DNA from: a virus
Taxonomy: Duplodnaviria > Caudoviricetes
DNA: 37,065 bases
Reading direction: 5' to 3' (one strand)
Virus record (IMG/VR): IMGVR_UViG_3300025718_000018
Location: 1-37,065 of that record
The notes under the pieces are model-generated. The model saw only the letters and a list, made by a program, of their open reading frames with translations. It was not told the origin of the DNA and made no database searches. Made by a program: the position numbers and the translations under genes. Below are positions 18,589 through 26,987 of the stretch, in pieces (the first letter of the stretch is position 1; every line of letters starts with the position of its first letter).

Positions 18589-19092
18589 CTACCTTCTTGC
18601 GGCACGTCTGCCTCGCTTTACCGTAGCAGGGAACACACTCGCCGGGTAGGTGCCGGATTTCAGCTTTGAAACCGTGCCGTCAGACAAGCCACATGCCAAC
18701 GCAATATACGACAAACTCAGTCCACGCATTGTGCCGTCGGCATCTGGACGCATGACAGTAGCCAACGATTTAACCAGTTCCTGCACCCGTGGACTCACCG
18801 TGCGGCGTACCCCCAAGCCAACGACATCTTCAAGCTTTGATAGTGCATCTGCTTTGCGCTTAGTCCAGCTTTCAAGCAGGTGTGCAATCCCACCCGCTTC
18901 CGCCTCCAACTCCCCGATGCGAATCACATCAGCATGCTTTTGCTGGCGGCCTTTCCCGCCATCGCTTGCAAGCAAGGTCAGCTGTTCGAATGTTTTTGCC
19001 AGCTTGCGTGCCATTGCCTTTTTGTTTTGCTCGCCATAGACCATCACCTGATCAACGGCGTCACAGATAGCATTTAATTTTTCAGCATTCAT
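18589..19092 (-). CDS. Hypothetical protein with probable C-terminal HTH
   Basis: GLSLSYIALACGLSDGTVSKLK; ATGA overlap with mor. Confidence 0.7.
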   Translation of the reverse strand: MNAEKLNAICDAVDQVMVYGEQNKKAMARKLAKTFEQLTLLASDGGKGRQQKHADVIRIGELEAEAGGIAHLLESWTKRKADALSKLEDVVGLGVRRTVSPRVQELVKSLATVMRPDADGTMRGLSLSYIALACGLSDGTVSKLKSGTYPASVFPATVKRGRRAARR

Positions 19093-19568
19093 GTCCGTGC
19101 CCCCATCCCAAAGGGATCGTTCGCCAACCCAGCATAACTTTGAGGCCGGGGTGCCTCATCAAACATATCCATCGTCAGCGTGTCCGCGCCGTCCGCATGA
19201 CCGCCAATGATGTTGATCACATGCCTGCGGCTGTAGCCCACCGCCTCGGCGGTCTCATCCACCGTCAGGCCCTGCTGGCGGCACTGGCGCACCTGGTCGT
19301 GCCGCAGCTCACGCAGGTAGGCGTCGCCCTTGGGAAGCTCAATCGTCTCGCCGCCATATTCCGCTACCAGGCGTGCAAATGCCGCCTCGCCCAGTGCCAT
19401 GCGCAGCGGGTGGTCATCCCGCGCCAACTTGGGCACCGACACCCGCGCGCCCCCATGCAAGCCCACCAGGCGCAATGCATCCGAGTCGCCCAGCACCCGT
19501 GCCAGCTCGCGCAGGGCGGCAGGCAGTGCTTCGGGCTTGACTGTCAGCGTGGGGGCGATGCGGCTCAT
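19089..19568 (-). CDS. mor: Mor/C-family transcription activator
   Basis: LP..LREL..VLG...ALRL....GG, YGGETIELPK and a C-terminal HTH. Confidence 0.85.
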   Translation of the reverse strand: MSRIAPTLTVKPEALPAALRELARVLGDSDALRLVGLHGGARVSVPKLARDDHPLRMALGEAAFARLVAEYGGETIELPKGDAYLRELRHDQVRQCRQQGLTVDETAEAVGYSRRHVINIIGGHADGADTLTMDMFDEAPRPQSYAGLANDPFGMGART

Positions 19569-20032
19569 TCGATGTTCGCTTTCACGCGCAGGCCCCAAGC
19601 CTTCATTTCTTCAATCAGCTTGTTCAACTGCTCACCCGAGGCAAAGCGCAATGCATCCAGCGGACCCAGGCGTGTGCCGGTCAGCTGCCGCTTGGCCCAG
19701 ACTTCCACCGCTTGGTCACAGGCTACGGCGCCAGCTGGCCGCGCTACCACCCCGGCATCTGCCAGCGCGTACCACATCGCTCGCAGCTTGCGCTCTTGCG
19801 GGCCGTCCAGCGGCTGCGATGTACCAGGTCGGGCTTTGCCCTTGGGTGCGTCGGTCTGCACCTCCATACGCCGGGCTAGCTTGTCCAGGTGCGTGCGCAC
19901 CACGGCCAGTTGCACCGGCGTCATCGCCTTGCAACTGCGCTGGCCCACCAGGTGCATCAGCAAGGCGCGGTAATCGTCTTCGCTCAGTTTGAGCAGACCT
20001 TTGAGAACGTGAATGGCGGCGGTAGGGTTCAT
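19565..20032 (-). CDS. gemA: GemA / gp16 (DUF1018) regulator
   Basis: IHV....L.LSEDDYRALL...G..SCK.M, KLRAMW and LIEEMKAW motifs. Confidence 0.88.
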   Translation of the reverse strand: MNPTAAIHVLKGLLKLSEDDYRALLMHLVGQRSCKAMTPVQLAVVRTHLDKLARRMEVQTDAPKGKARPGTSQPLDGPQERKLRAMWYALADAGVVARPAGAVACDQAVEVWAKRQLTGTRLGPLDALRFASGEQLNKLIEEMKAWGLRVKANIE

Positions 20033-20075
20033 GGTGGTTTTAAGCTTTGTTCAAAAGCCCATCAACGGACCTTTG

Positions 20076-20103
20076 AAAAAAGCCCCCGGCTTGACGCCGA
20101 GGG
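20076..20103 (-). terminator. Intrinsic terminator upstream of gemA-mor
   Basis: CCCTCGGC-GTCAA-GCCGGGGG-C-TTTTTT on the minus strand. Confidence 0.7.
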
Positions 20104-20147
20104 AAAAATCAATCTGCGGTCCAACACCGCTCAATTGATCAGGGAGA

Positions 20148-20286
20148 TGGGTGTGGGCCGGGCTTGATTCCGGCTGCATGGCTACAGGATTCGAACCTGT
20201 GTTTTCCTCCGAGGATCGTCCTGAGCCGCTAGACGAAACCATGCTGTTGCGTGCACACAATCGCGTTTCCATCAACGCCGCCACAC
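20148..20286 (-). ncRNA. Outer tRNA-like fold enclosing the pseudo-tRNA
   Basis: GTGTGG/CCACAC stem plus CCA, D-like arm GCGT-TGATGGAA-ACGC, short arm TTGTG-TGCA-CGCAA, T-like arm GCCGG-AATCAAGC-CCGGC. Confidence 0.6.
20176..20244 (-). ncRNA. tRNA-Glu-like RNA with a collapsed anticodon loop (pseudo-tRNA)
   Basis: CATGGTT/AGCCATG acceptor stem, D-arm GTCTAGCGGCTCAGGAC, canonical T-arm ACAGG-TTCGAAT-CCTGT; anticodon arm is only TCCT-CGG-AGGA. Confidence 0.75.
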
Positions 20287-20294
20287 TTAACCTT

Positions 20295-20474
20295 TCAGTG
20301 GATCGCAGTGAATTCGGCCCACAGTTGTTTGGCCGCTGCTATCCAGCACTCCTTCTCGTCAGTTCTCAGCTCCCGCCAATTGAATAGATGGGGCCCCGCT
20401 GGTCCCTGGCATATCCGGTCCTGTTTAAAGAAGGCTTCATAGGCTCTCTCGGCAAGTTGCTCAAAGCTCTTCAC
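20295..20474 (-). CDS. Small hypothetical protein (59 aa), absent from the ORF track
   Basis: GTGA overlap with the DUF3164 stop; MKSFEQLAERAYEAFF...WRELRTDEKECWIAAAKQLWAEFTAIH. Confidence 0.65.
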   Translation of the reverse strand: MKSFEQLAERAYEAFFKQDRICQGPAGPHLFNWRELRTDEKECWIAAAKQLWAEFTAIH

Positions 20475-21094
20475 AGCGCCGCCACATCCAGAGAGATAGG
20501 CACGTAGTCACCCACGCGCTCATCCATCTCGTAGAAGCGGATGTAGGGCTTGGTGCTGTGCACCTTCATACTGTCGCTGATGGCCGCTATGGCGCGCAGC
20601 CACTTTTCATCTTCAATCTTGAGCGTGCGCAGGTTCAGGATGCGGCCTACATTCACGCTACCGGCCTTTTCCACCTGGAACGCGTTATTCACCAGAACCT
20701 TGATGTTGTCGTTGCTGCCCTTGCTCCAGGTCTTCACGCATTCGTCCATCAGTAACTTGGCGGCCTGCAGGCGCTCATCAAAAATGATGGAGTCCTGCAT
20801 GGTTCGTGAAATCTTGAAGCGGCCGTCAAACGACACCAGGGTGATATTCCCCTTCTTGCCGCCATGCTTCACCTCGTACTGCGCCAGGCTGCGTTCCACG
20901 AACTCCTGCACCTCCTGCATCGCGACCAGCTTGAAGCTCACCAGCTCGGCGCTGGCCCGCTTGGCGGCCTCGGCCAGCCGGGTCACACAGTGATGGCGCA
21001 GCTTGTCGATTTCCTTGATCTTCGCTACAGGCACCAGGGAGCCATTGGCGTCTTTCCAGTACCCGGCGGGCACGGGCTCTTTTTGTTCACTCAT
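20471..21094 (-). CDS. DUF3164 family protein
   Basis: GYWKDANGSLVP, GGKKGNITLVSFDG, FDERLQAAK and YIRFYE motifs. Confidence 0.9.
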   Translation of the reverse strand: MSEQKEPVPAGYWKDANGSLVPVAKIKEIDKLRHHCVTRLAEAAKRASAELVSFKLVAMQEVQEFVERSLAQYEVKHGGKKGNITLVSFDGRFKISRTMQDSIIFDERLQAAKLLMDECVKTWSKGSNDNIKVLVNNAFQVEKAGSVNVGRILNLRTLKIEDEKWLRAIAAISDSMKVHSTKPYIRFYEMDERVGDYVPISLDVAAL

Positions 21095-21779
21095 CGTGAA
21101 GTCCTTTCTCAGTTGGTAAATCTGTCATGGGTGCATTGGCCCGAGCGGCCTTAGCGGCAATTTCTGCTCTGATAGCCCGCACCATCGGGCTTTGTGGTCG
21201 TGGCTGCGTGGGAAGCGGTTTCTCCACCGTGGGCAATACCGAGGTCGATGTGCCGTTGCCGTAGACGCTCTCCAGGCCTTCGCCAATCGTCATGCTCTGG
21301 CCCTTCACCTGCACGGTGTCCTGGCGCGGCCTGGTGCGGTCAAGCTCGGTTTCCCTCTCCTGCTGCCCCTCGGCCTTGTCGGCCATGCGCATCAGCGTTG
21401 CGTACAGGTAGCCGTTCCCCTCCAGTGGCAGCGTGAGCGTGCCCTTGGTTGCGGCATCAAAAACCGCCTGGAACGCGGCCTTCCAGCTGTCAAAACTCAC
21501 GGCCCAGGTGCGGCCGTTGCGCTGAATCGCTGTGCGCTGCACATCCGGCACCAGCTCGGCCAGCACCTTGGCGCACTTGTCCATGCGCAGCTTCTGCTTG
21601 GTCGGCTTGTGCAGCCTCAGGTAGCGCACCATCAGGCCGCCCAAGGGCAGGCTGCTGGTCAGCACATCGGCAATCAGGCGGCGCACCTGGTCGTCGTCAA
21701 TCATGCGCAGTAGCAGGGCGTCCAGGCTTTCCTCGGCACCGCAGGCGGCGCAGGTGTTGGTCAGGATGGCGGCGCTCAT
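21087..21779 (-). CDS. Conserved Mu-like early hypothetical protein
   Basis: CAACGAEESLDALL, YLRLHKP and LPLEGNGYL motifs; translationally coupled. Confidence 0.75.
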   Translation of the reverse strand: MSAAILTNTCAACGAEESLDALLLRMIDDDQVRRLIADVLTSSLPLGGLMVRYLRLHKPTKQKLRMDKCAKVLAELVPDVQRTAIQRNGRTWAVSFDSWKAAFQAVFDAATKGTLTLPLEGNGYLYATLMRMADKAEGQQERETELDRTRPRQDTVQVKGQSMTIGEGLESVYGNGTSTSVLPTVEKPLPTQPRPQSPMVRAIRAEIAAKAARANAPMTDLPTEKGLHDE

Positions 21780-21976
21780 GGATGCAGCCCCGTCAGCCAG
21801 GCTGCAGTGGCTTTCAGCGCGGTCGCCACCGGGGACGCGCGCCGGTAGGGGCCGTCAATCACACCGGGGGCCAAGTACGGGCGGGGCAGCATGATGCGGT
21901 AGCGCTCCGGGCAGTCCGGGCAGGCGGGTACGCGTGCCTGGCACACGCCCAGTTCATGGCAGGTGCGCGGTGTCAT
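21776..21976 (-). CDS. Small Cys-rich hypothetical protein
   Basis: TCHELGVCQ...CPDC; ATGA overlaps on both sides. Confidence 0.65.
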   Translation of the reverse strand: MTPRTCHELGVCQARVPACPDCPERYRIMLPRPYLAPGVIDGPYRRASPVATALKATAAWLTGLHP

Positions 21977-22176
21977 TGCGTAGCCCTCTTGGGCCTGACG
22001 GCACAGACGCTGATCACACGGGCCTCTGGGAACAAGTCCATTGCCCGGTCCATGGCATCCATGCTGTGGGGGTACAGGCCAACGTGCTCACCGCGTGACT
22101 TGTCGGGCATCGTGATCACCACCCGGCAAATCAACAGCTGTGGCTGTGCAACTGGCGCGCTCTGTGGAGTCATCAC
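21973..22176 (-). CDS. Hypothetical protein
   Basis: Translationally coupled to MuB and to the next gene. Confidence 0.65.
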   Translation of the reverse strand: MMTPQSAPVAQPQLLICRVVITMPDKSRGEHVGLYPHSMDAMDRAMDLFPEARVISVCAVRPKRATQ

Positions 22177-23174
22177 TTGACCCCTTCAACGCGCGGCTTG
22201 GTCATGAACAACACCTTGGCCGCAATCTTCTCAATCATGGCGCTGGACAAGGGCAGGCTGCCCAGGCCGTAGTCCCTGATCGCCGGGATCAAGTTTTCAT
22301 TCAACACACGGGCGCTACCGTCGCAATAGGCCCACAGCGTGTCCAGCACGTCGTCGGCCAGGTCCCCGACCTCTGCCAGTGCGGCGCGGCCCATGTCATC
22401 GGCGTCATCGCGGCTGATGCGCTGAATGGTCTCGGGCCACATGCCCACCCGGCTGCGCACCTGGTCAAACTGCCCATGTTGCGGCTTGATCAGGCTGGTG
22501 AGCTTTTCAGTGCCGACCAGCACCACGCCCACCTGGGCCATATCGCGCAGCCGGCGCAGGTGTTCCAGCGCGCTGCTGCTCATCTTTTCGGCCTCATCCG
22601 CCACGATCAGGTAGTTGGTGCCCTTGAGCACGCGCACCAGTTCGCGAAACTTGCGGTCCAGCCCGACAGGCACCGCATTGTTCAGTTGCTCCAACAGCTC
22701 GGTCATCAGCACACCGGGCGTCATGTTGGGGCTCACCTCCACCAGCAGCGTCATCTGGTTGGTCTCGCGGTACTCGGTGCAAAAGCGGCTTTTTCCCACA
22801 CCCACATAGCCGGTGATCACGCCAAAGTTCTGGTGCTTGCGGGTGCGATCGCACACCACGCCCATCAGCTTGTGCACGCTGCCCCGCACATAGCCGGGTG
22901 TGCCGTCCTTCAGGCGTTCGCCTTCCACGTCCAGCACCTCCAGCATGCGGTTGAGCTGGCGTGTCGGGCTGCTGACGTATTTGCCGCTCAATATCTGGCT
23001 CAGCGTGCCACTGGGGATGTCGGCCTTCTTGCTCAGCCAGGCACGGCTTTTCTTGCGGTCATCCAGCCATTTCCTGACGGTCTCCCCCTTGGACACGTCT
23101 TGCGGCGTGTAGGCGGGCATGTTGCCGGGCATGCCAGGCAAGGCAGTTTGGGTTTCAGTTGTGGTGGTGCTCAC
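22173..23174 (-). CDS. MuB-like AAA+ transposition ATPase
   Basis: N-terminal HTH, Walker A GYVGVGKS, Walker B LIVADEAE, RSRVG. GTG start overlapping the transposase stop is assumed. Confidence 0.92.
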   Translation of the reverse strand: MSTTTTETQTALPGMPGNMPAYTPQDVSKGETVRKWLDDRKKSRAWLSKKADIPSGTLSQILSGKYVSSPTRQLNRMLEVLDVEGERLKDGTPGYVRGSVHKLMGVVCDRTRKHQNFGVITGYVGVGKSRFCTEYRETNQMTLLVEVSPNMTPGVLMTELLEQLNNAVPVGLDRKFRELVRVLKGTNYLIVADEAEKMSSSALEHLRRLRDMAQVGVVLVGTEKLTSLIKPQHGQFDQVRSRVGMWPETIQRISRDDADDMGRAALAEVGDLADDVLDTLWAYCDGSARVLNENLIPAIRDYGLGSLPLSSAMIEKIAAKVLFMTKPRVEGVK

Positions 23175-24844
23175 TGGTCTTTTCTCCAAGTTAAAAGGTC
23201 AATTTCGAAAACGTTTCCCTTTGGGGTCGGTGCGGGTAGTGCGGGGGCAGCGGGGCGCAGGGCCTCGATAGCGGCGACTTGGTCAGTTGCCTCAATCGGG
23301 TCATCACGTCGCTGGGTTGCTTCGTCCACCTTGCGTTGCAGGCGCTTGAGCTGGCCTTGCAGGCGTCGGTCTCGGCCTTCCTCCAGGCGGCTGGTGGGCA
23401 GCACGCCGATGGTCTTGACCAGCGTGGCCTCGATCAGGAAGCGGCCTTTCTTGTCAAACACCCAAACATGCTTATCGTGATGCAGGTCGTATTCCACGTC
23501 CACCTTCTGGGCATCAAACAAGGCCAGCGCCTCGGCGTAATAAAAGCGGTTGTGCAGTCGAACGGTCTGGCGGCCTACCATGCATTCCTCACGCGGCCGG
23601 GCAATGGCGTCCATGCTCATTTCCACCGCCACCGGATTCAGTTCGGCCCACACCTGTGCTGGTGTGCGGCCATTGAGCTTGTCTTGTGGCTGGTCGTGGT
23701 AGTGCTCCAGCCAAGCGGTGAAGCTGTCCACGTAGGACTTGAGGCTTGGCAGCTCGCGGCGGCCCATGGCCAGTTCAGCGCTCAAGCGGCGATTGGTCTC
23801 GGGCGCCATGTCGTCGCCGCAATACACCTGGCCACCGGCAAAGAACTTGTCATGCTTGTCCCGCACGGTGCGAAAGAAGCGTTCAATCCAGCCCTTGCCG
23901 TGCGGGTTGCCCGGCAGTGCGCCAATCAGCCCAATGTCAAACCGGTTGTAAAAGCCGGTGCTCTCATCGCACAGCAGCTTGGCGCGGTAGCCCGGCCCCC
24001 GGTCCACATACACCCACGCAGGCACGTGGTTGTGCATTCGCATGGCGTGGCTCAGTGCAAACATAGTGGACACCGTGCTCTCACTTTCACTGAGCCACCA
24101 GCCAGCCAGGTAGCCGCTCTTGATGTCAATAAAGCAGGTCAGCTCAGGCCGGTACGGTTTCCCCGTGTTCGGGTGCGCCACATAGCAATCGGCGGTGTGG
24201 CCGTCGCCTGCGTAAATCTCGCCTACCAGCACCTCGTCCAGGCTGCGGCGCTGAAACTTCTGCCGCGTCAACTGGTGCAGGTGCTTGCCAATGCGCGCCG
24301 GGCTGAACTTGCCCAGCGTGGCGGGCAAGCGCTTCAGGTAGTACGCCACCCGGCTCTCGGTTGCGTCCGCAAAGCCTTCTTGAATCAGCCTGGAAGACAC
24401 GTCGGCAAAGCCGGGCTTTCCGGGGATGTTGTACAGCGACACAGCGCGCTCTTCCCAGCCGTAGTCCTGGCGCACGCGGCCGGTGTGCTTGGGCAGCAAG
24501 GCGTTCTTTCCGCCCTTGATGAAGCCGCTCAGCCAGCGCTTGATCGTGGGCACGCTAAGTACATCGACCACCGCGTCGCCCGCCAGCATTGCAACCAGGT
24601 GCTTGGTTCTCAGGTCGGCCGTGCCCGCGTCCAGCTGTGACTTGAGCAGGGCCGCTGCATGGTTGATGCTGGCCCCGCCGTTCACCAGGTCCACCAGCGG
24701 CGACATCAATGATTCGCGCACACCTGCCACCCGGCGCGCTTCTTCACTCGCGTTTTTCCAGGGGTCGGGATTCAACGCCGCAGAAATTTCACTCATCTGG
24801 CGGATATCTTTGGTTAATGCAAGTACTGCGCCCATCGGGTTCAC
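23171..24844 (-). CDS. Mu-like DDE transposase
   Basis: GDGH / YVDRGPGY / KGWIERFF triad, GRTPAQVW and a Mu-transposase C-terminal domain (VEYDLH). Confidence 0.93.
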   Translation of the reverse strand: MNPMGAVLALTKDIRQMSEISAALNPDPWKNASEEARRVAGVRESLMSPLVDLVNGGASINHAAALLKSQLDAGTADLRTKHLVAMLAGDAVVDVLSVPTIKRWLSGFIKGGKNALLPKHTGRVRQDYGWEERAVSLYNIPGKPGFADVSSRLIQEGFADATESRVAYYLKRLPATLGKFSPARIGKHLHQLTRQKFQRRSLDEVLVGEIYAGDGHTADCYVAHPNTGKPYRPELTCFIDIKSGYLAGWWLSESESTVSTMFALSHAMRMHNHVPAWVYVDRGPGYRAKLLCDESTGFYNRFDIGLIGALPGNPHGKGWIERFFRTVRDKHDKFFAGGQVYCGDDMAPETNRRLSAELAMGRRELPSLKSYVDSFTAWLEHYHDQPQDKLNGRTPAQVWAELNPVAVEMSMDAIARPREECMVGRQTVRLHNRFYYAEALALFDAQKVDVEYDLHHDKHVWVFDKKGRFLIEATLVKTIGVLPTSRLEEGRDRRLQGQLKRLQRKVDEATQRRDDPIEATDQVAAIEALRPAAPALPAPTPKGNVFEIDLLTWRKDQ

Positions 24845-24867
24845 CTATCGGGTTGGGTGGTCGGAGT

Positions 24868-25956
24868 TCATGCCTTAGCGGGGGCCTCTGGTGCCTTGGC
24901 AGGCCTACCCTTGCCACGCGGCTTGGCTTGCGCACGTTCATGCTCACGCAGGGCGGCTTCATGCTGGTGCGTGGCTGTCAGGCGTGCCCAGTCTTCGGCG
25001 ATGGTCTTCACCTCGGTGCCATCCAGGAAGGCCAGCGCGTCCGGTTGGGATCGCAGGCGTTTGGCCTGTTCACCCATGGCCTCGGTGAAGCTCTTGATGC
25101 TGCCGTCAATCAGTTCGCGCACCGCCAGCAAACCGGACAGGCCCAGACGCAGGCTAGGTTCAACCCATTCACGCGCTTCATCATGGCCGCGCAGGTTGAC
25201 TATTTCCACACCCACCGGGTGCATTGATGTGATCGCCAGCTCGGCCTTCTTGACCAGCGCCGCCATTTCGGCGCGCATGTCGGCCACCACCGATGGAACG
25301 TAGGCGTCCTCTTCATCACGTTGGCTGCGCTTGAGCTTTTTCTCAACCGCCTTGAGATCAGCCAATGCGGTATCTCTCTCGACAGCCAGGTCAGTCGTTC
25401 CAGCTTCCAGTTCGCGGATGCGCAGACGCAGGCCCCGCACACTCATGTCGTCCAGGTCTGACACATCGCCGTCTTCCAGCATCTGCTCAATGACAGCGGG
25501 GTCGGCACTGGCGAGGGCCAGCACCTTGGACTTTGGAAGTGTCAGCAGCTCGGCGCGTTGGGCTTCGGGCACGGTCGAAATAAACTTGGCTGACTGCATC
25601 AGCTCATAGGCCCGCCGCTGCGGTAGCCCAAGTTCGTCCAAAGCGGCCAGAAACTTCCCGTGCTCAACATCCGCCCGCACACTCAGCAGCAGGTAGCCGG
25701 CCTCTACCGTCAGACGCGCGGCCTGGTTATAGGTCGTCACCGCCCGCGTCAGCCGGTCCGCCGCACTGCCGCTAAGAACCATGCCCAATTCTTCGGCAAC
25801 GAGCGCGTCTTGCATGGTGAATTCAAAACTTGCGGACGTCCGCAAGTTTCCTTTCGCCTCTAAAGTTCCGGACGCATGGACACTTGCCTCAGCCACCAAA
25901 TCACCTGAAGGGCGGTGCTTTGCCTCAGCCACTTCAGTGGTTTGTTTCTTAATCAT
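24868..25956 (-). CDS. DUF3102-domain protein
   Basis: EAGYLLL......HGKF...L..LGL..R.A...M motif followed by coiled coil; start MIKKQ after a GGAG RBS. Confidence 0.8.
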   Translation of the reverse strand: MIKKQTTEVAEAKHRPSGDLVAEASVHASGTLEAKGNLRTSASFEFTMQDALVAEELGMVLSGSAADRLTRAVTTYNQAARLTVEAGYLLLSVRADVEHGKFLAALDELGLPQRRAYELMQSAKFISTVPEAQRAELLTLPKSKVLALASADPAVIEQMLEDGDVSDLDDMSVRGLRLRIRELEAGTTDLAVERDTALADLKAVEKKLKRSQRDEEDAYVPSVVADMRAEMAALVKKAELAITSMHPVGVEIVNLRGHDEAREWVEPSLRLGLSGLLAVRELIDGSIKSFTEAMGEQAKRLRSQPDALAFLDGTEVKTIAEDWARLTATHQHEAALREHERAQAKPRGKGRPAKAPEAPAKA

Positions 25957-26185
25957 GTTTATTCTCCATTTGGGTAACTTGCGTCGTATCCACCTCAACC
26001 CGGGTGGGCTTCCAGTACTTGCCACCGGTGGGCAAGCGGGCCGTCATGTCAGCGGCCAGCATCAGGTGCTGCGCCAGTTCACGCAGGGCGCCGGGCCGCA
26101 GCTCCAGCCCGTTGAACGGGGCCGAGTCCAGCACCACCAGCGCCTGCCCGTCGCGGCAACGGGTGTGGGTGTAGGCCAGCTTCAT
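25949..26185 (-). CDS. Hypothetical protein
   Basis: ATGA overlap with the ner stop (MKLAYTH...). Confidence 0.7.
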   Translation of the reverse strand: MKLAYTHTRCRDGQALVVLDSAPFNGLELRPGALRELAQHLMLAADMTARLPTGGKYWKPTRVEVDTTQVTQMENKHD

Positions 26186-26427
26186 GTGGCCCCGCCCGCC
26201 GTGCCGGGTTTCTTGGTACGTCGCAGTACCAAGCGCGCCTTGGCGGGCCACAAGGTGCTGACGGGCAGCTTTGTGATCTCAGCAATGCGCGCCTGAATCC
26301 GGGCCGACGTAGACCGTCCGTTCATCACCTGCGACACCGTGGAGCGCGAAACCCCCAATTCATCTGCCAGCACGGCAGGCGTGGTGCCCGCCATGCGCAT
26401 GGCCGCTTTGATTTGTTCTGGATGCAT
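26182..26427 (-). CDS. ner: Ner/Cro-like HTH regulator
   Basis: MHPEQIKAAMRMAG...LWP Ner signature; divergent from the repressor. Confidence 0.85.
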   Translation of the reverse strand: MHPEQIKAAMRMAGTTPAVLADELGVSRSTVSQVMNGRSTSARIQARIAEITKLPVSTLWPAKARLVLRRTKKPGTAGGAT

Positions 26428-26484
26428 GCGTTATCCTTCGGTTAACTTGTTAAGTAATCACACGAATTGCGTGTGTAGGGCTTA

Positions 26485-26513
26485 ATTATGAGAACAATTA
26501 TTCTCTTTGTAAA
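26485..26513 (-). promoter_or_regulatory. Early promoter (sigma70)
   Basis: TTTACA-17 nt-CATAAT on the minus strand upstream of ner. Confidence 0.8.
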
Positions 26514-26546
26514 GGTATTTAATGGAAAAAGATAATAAATATTCTC
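26490..26546. promoter_or_regulatory. Two putative repressor operators
   Basis: GAGAACAATTATTCTC (26490-26505, in the early-promoter spacer) and GATAATAAATATTCTC (26531-26546). Confidence 0.7.
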
Positions 26547-26980
26547 AGGTCGCCTTGCGGCTTAAGGTGGTTCGCGAAGATGAACTCAAGTGGACTCAGC
26601 AAGAAATTGCTGAAAAATGCGGCGTTAGCAGGGAAATGTGGGGAAAATACGAGCGCGGTCTCTCTATGCCAGGAAGCGATGTGTTCCTATGGCTTGCCCT
26701 TGAAGGTATTGACATTTTTTGGGTACTCACTGGCCAGGAGCATCCGAAAAGCATGATTCTTGATGCCGACGAGAAAGCTTTAGTTACCGCCTACCGAAAG
26801 GCCTCATCAGTCGAAAAAGAATTCATCAGCCAAGCCTGCAACATGGCGGCCAAGGTCACCGCCAAAACAACCAAGGCGCCCAAGGTCAAGCAAACTGTCC
26901 GCGGAAGTGGCCCGACGATTCAGGTCGGCGCGTCAGTCACTGGTGGTGCCGTCAAAATTAAAACAGCAAGGGAAAGTTGA
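26522..26980 (+). CDS. Prophage repressor (XRE HTH) with C-terminal RHIM-like motif and no S24 peptidase
   Basis: RLKVVRE...WTQQEIAEKCGVSREMWGKYERG...WVLTG; ends TIQVGASVTGGAVKI. Confidence 0.88.
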   Translation: MEKDNKYSQVALRLKVVREDELKWTQQEIAEKCGVSREMWGKYERGLSMPGSDVFLWLALEGIDIFWVLTGQEHPKSMILDADEKALVTAYRKASSVEKEFISQACNMAAKVTAKTTKAPKVKQTVRGSGPTIQVGASVTGGAVKIKTARES

Positions 26981-26987
26981 GTAAGCA

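Noticed and set aside
20176-20243. Functional tRNA-Glu gene
   Set aside because: The anticodon loop is 3 nt and there is no adjacent CCA; reported as a tRNA-like RNA instead.
20051-20284. 77-aa minus-strand ORF
   Set aside because: Runs through the tRNA-like folds and the terminator; composition is not protein-like.
25884-25932. Direct repeat TTGCCTCAGCCAC in the DUF3102 gene
   Set aside because: Two copies encoding VAEA in frame; no evidence of a separate function.
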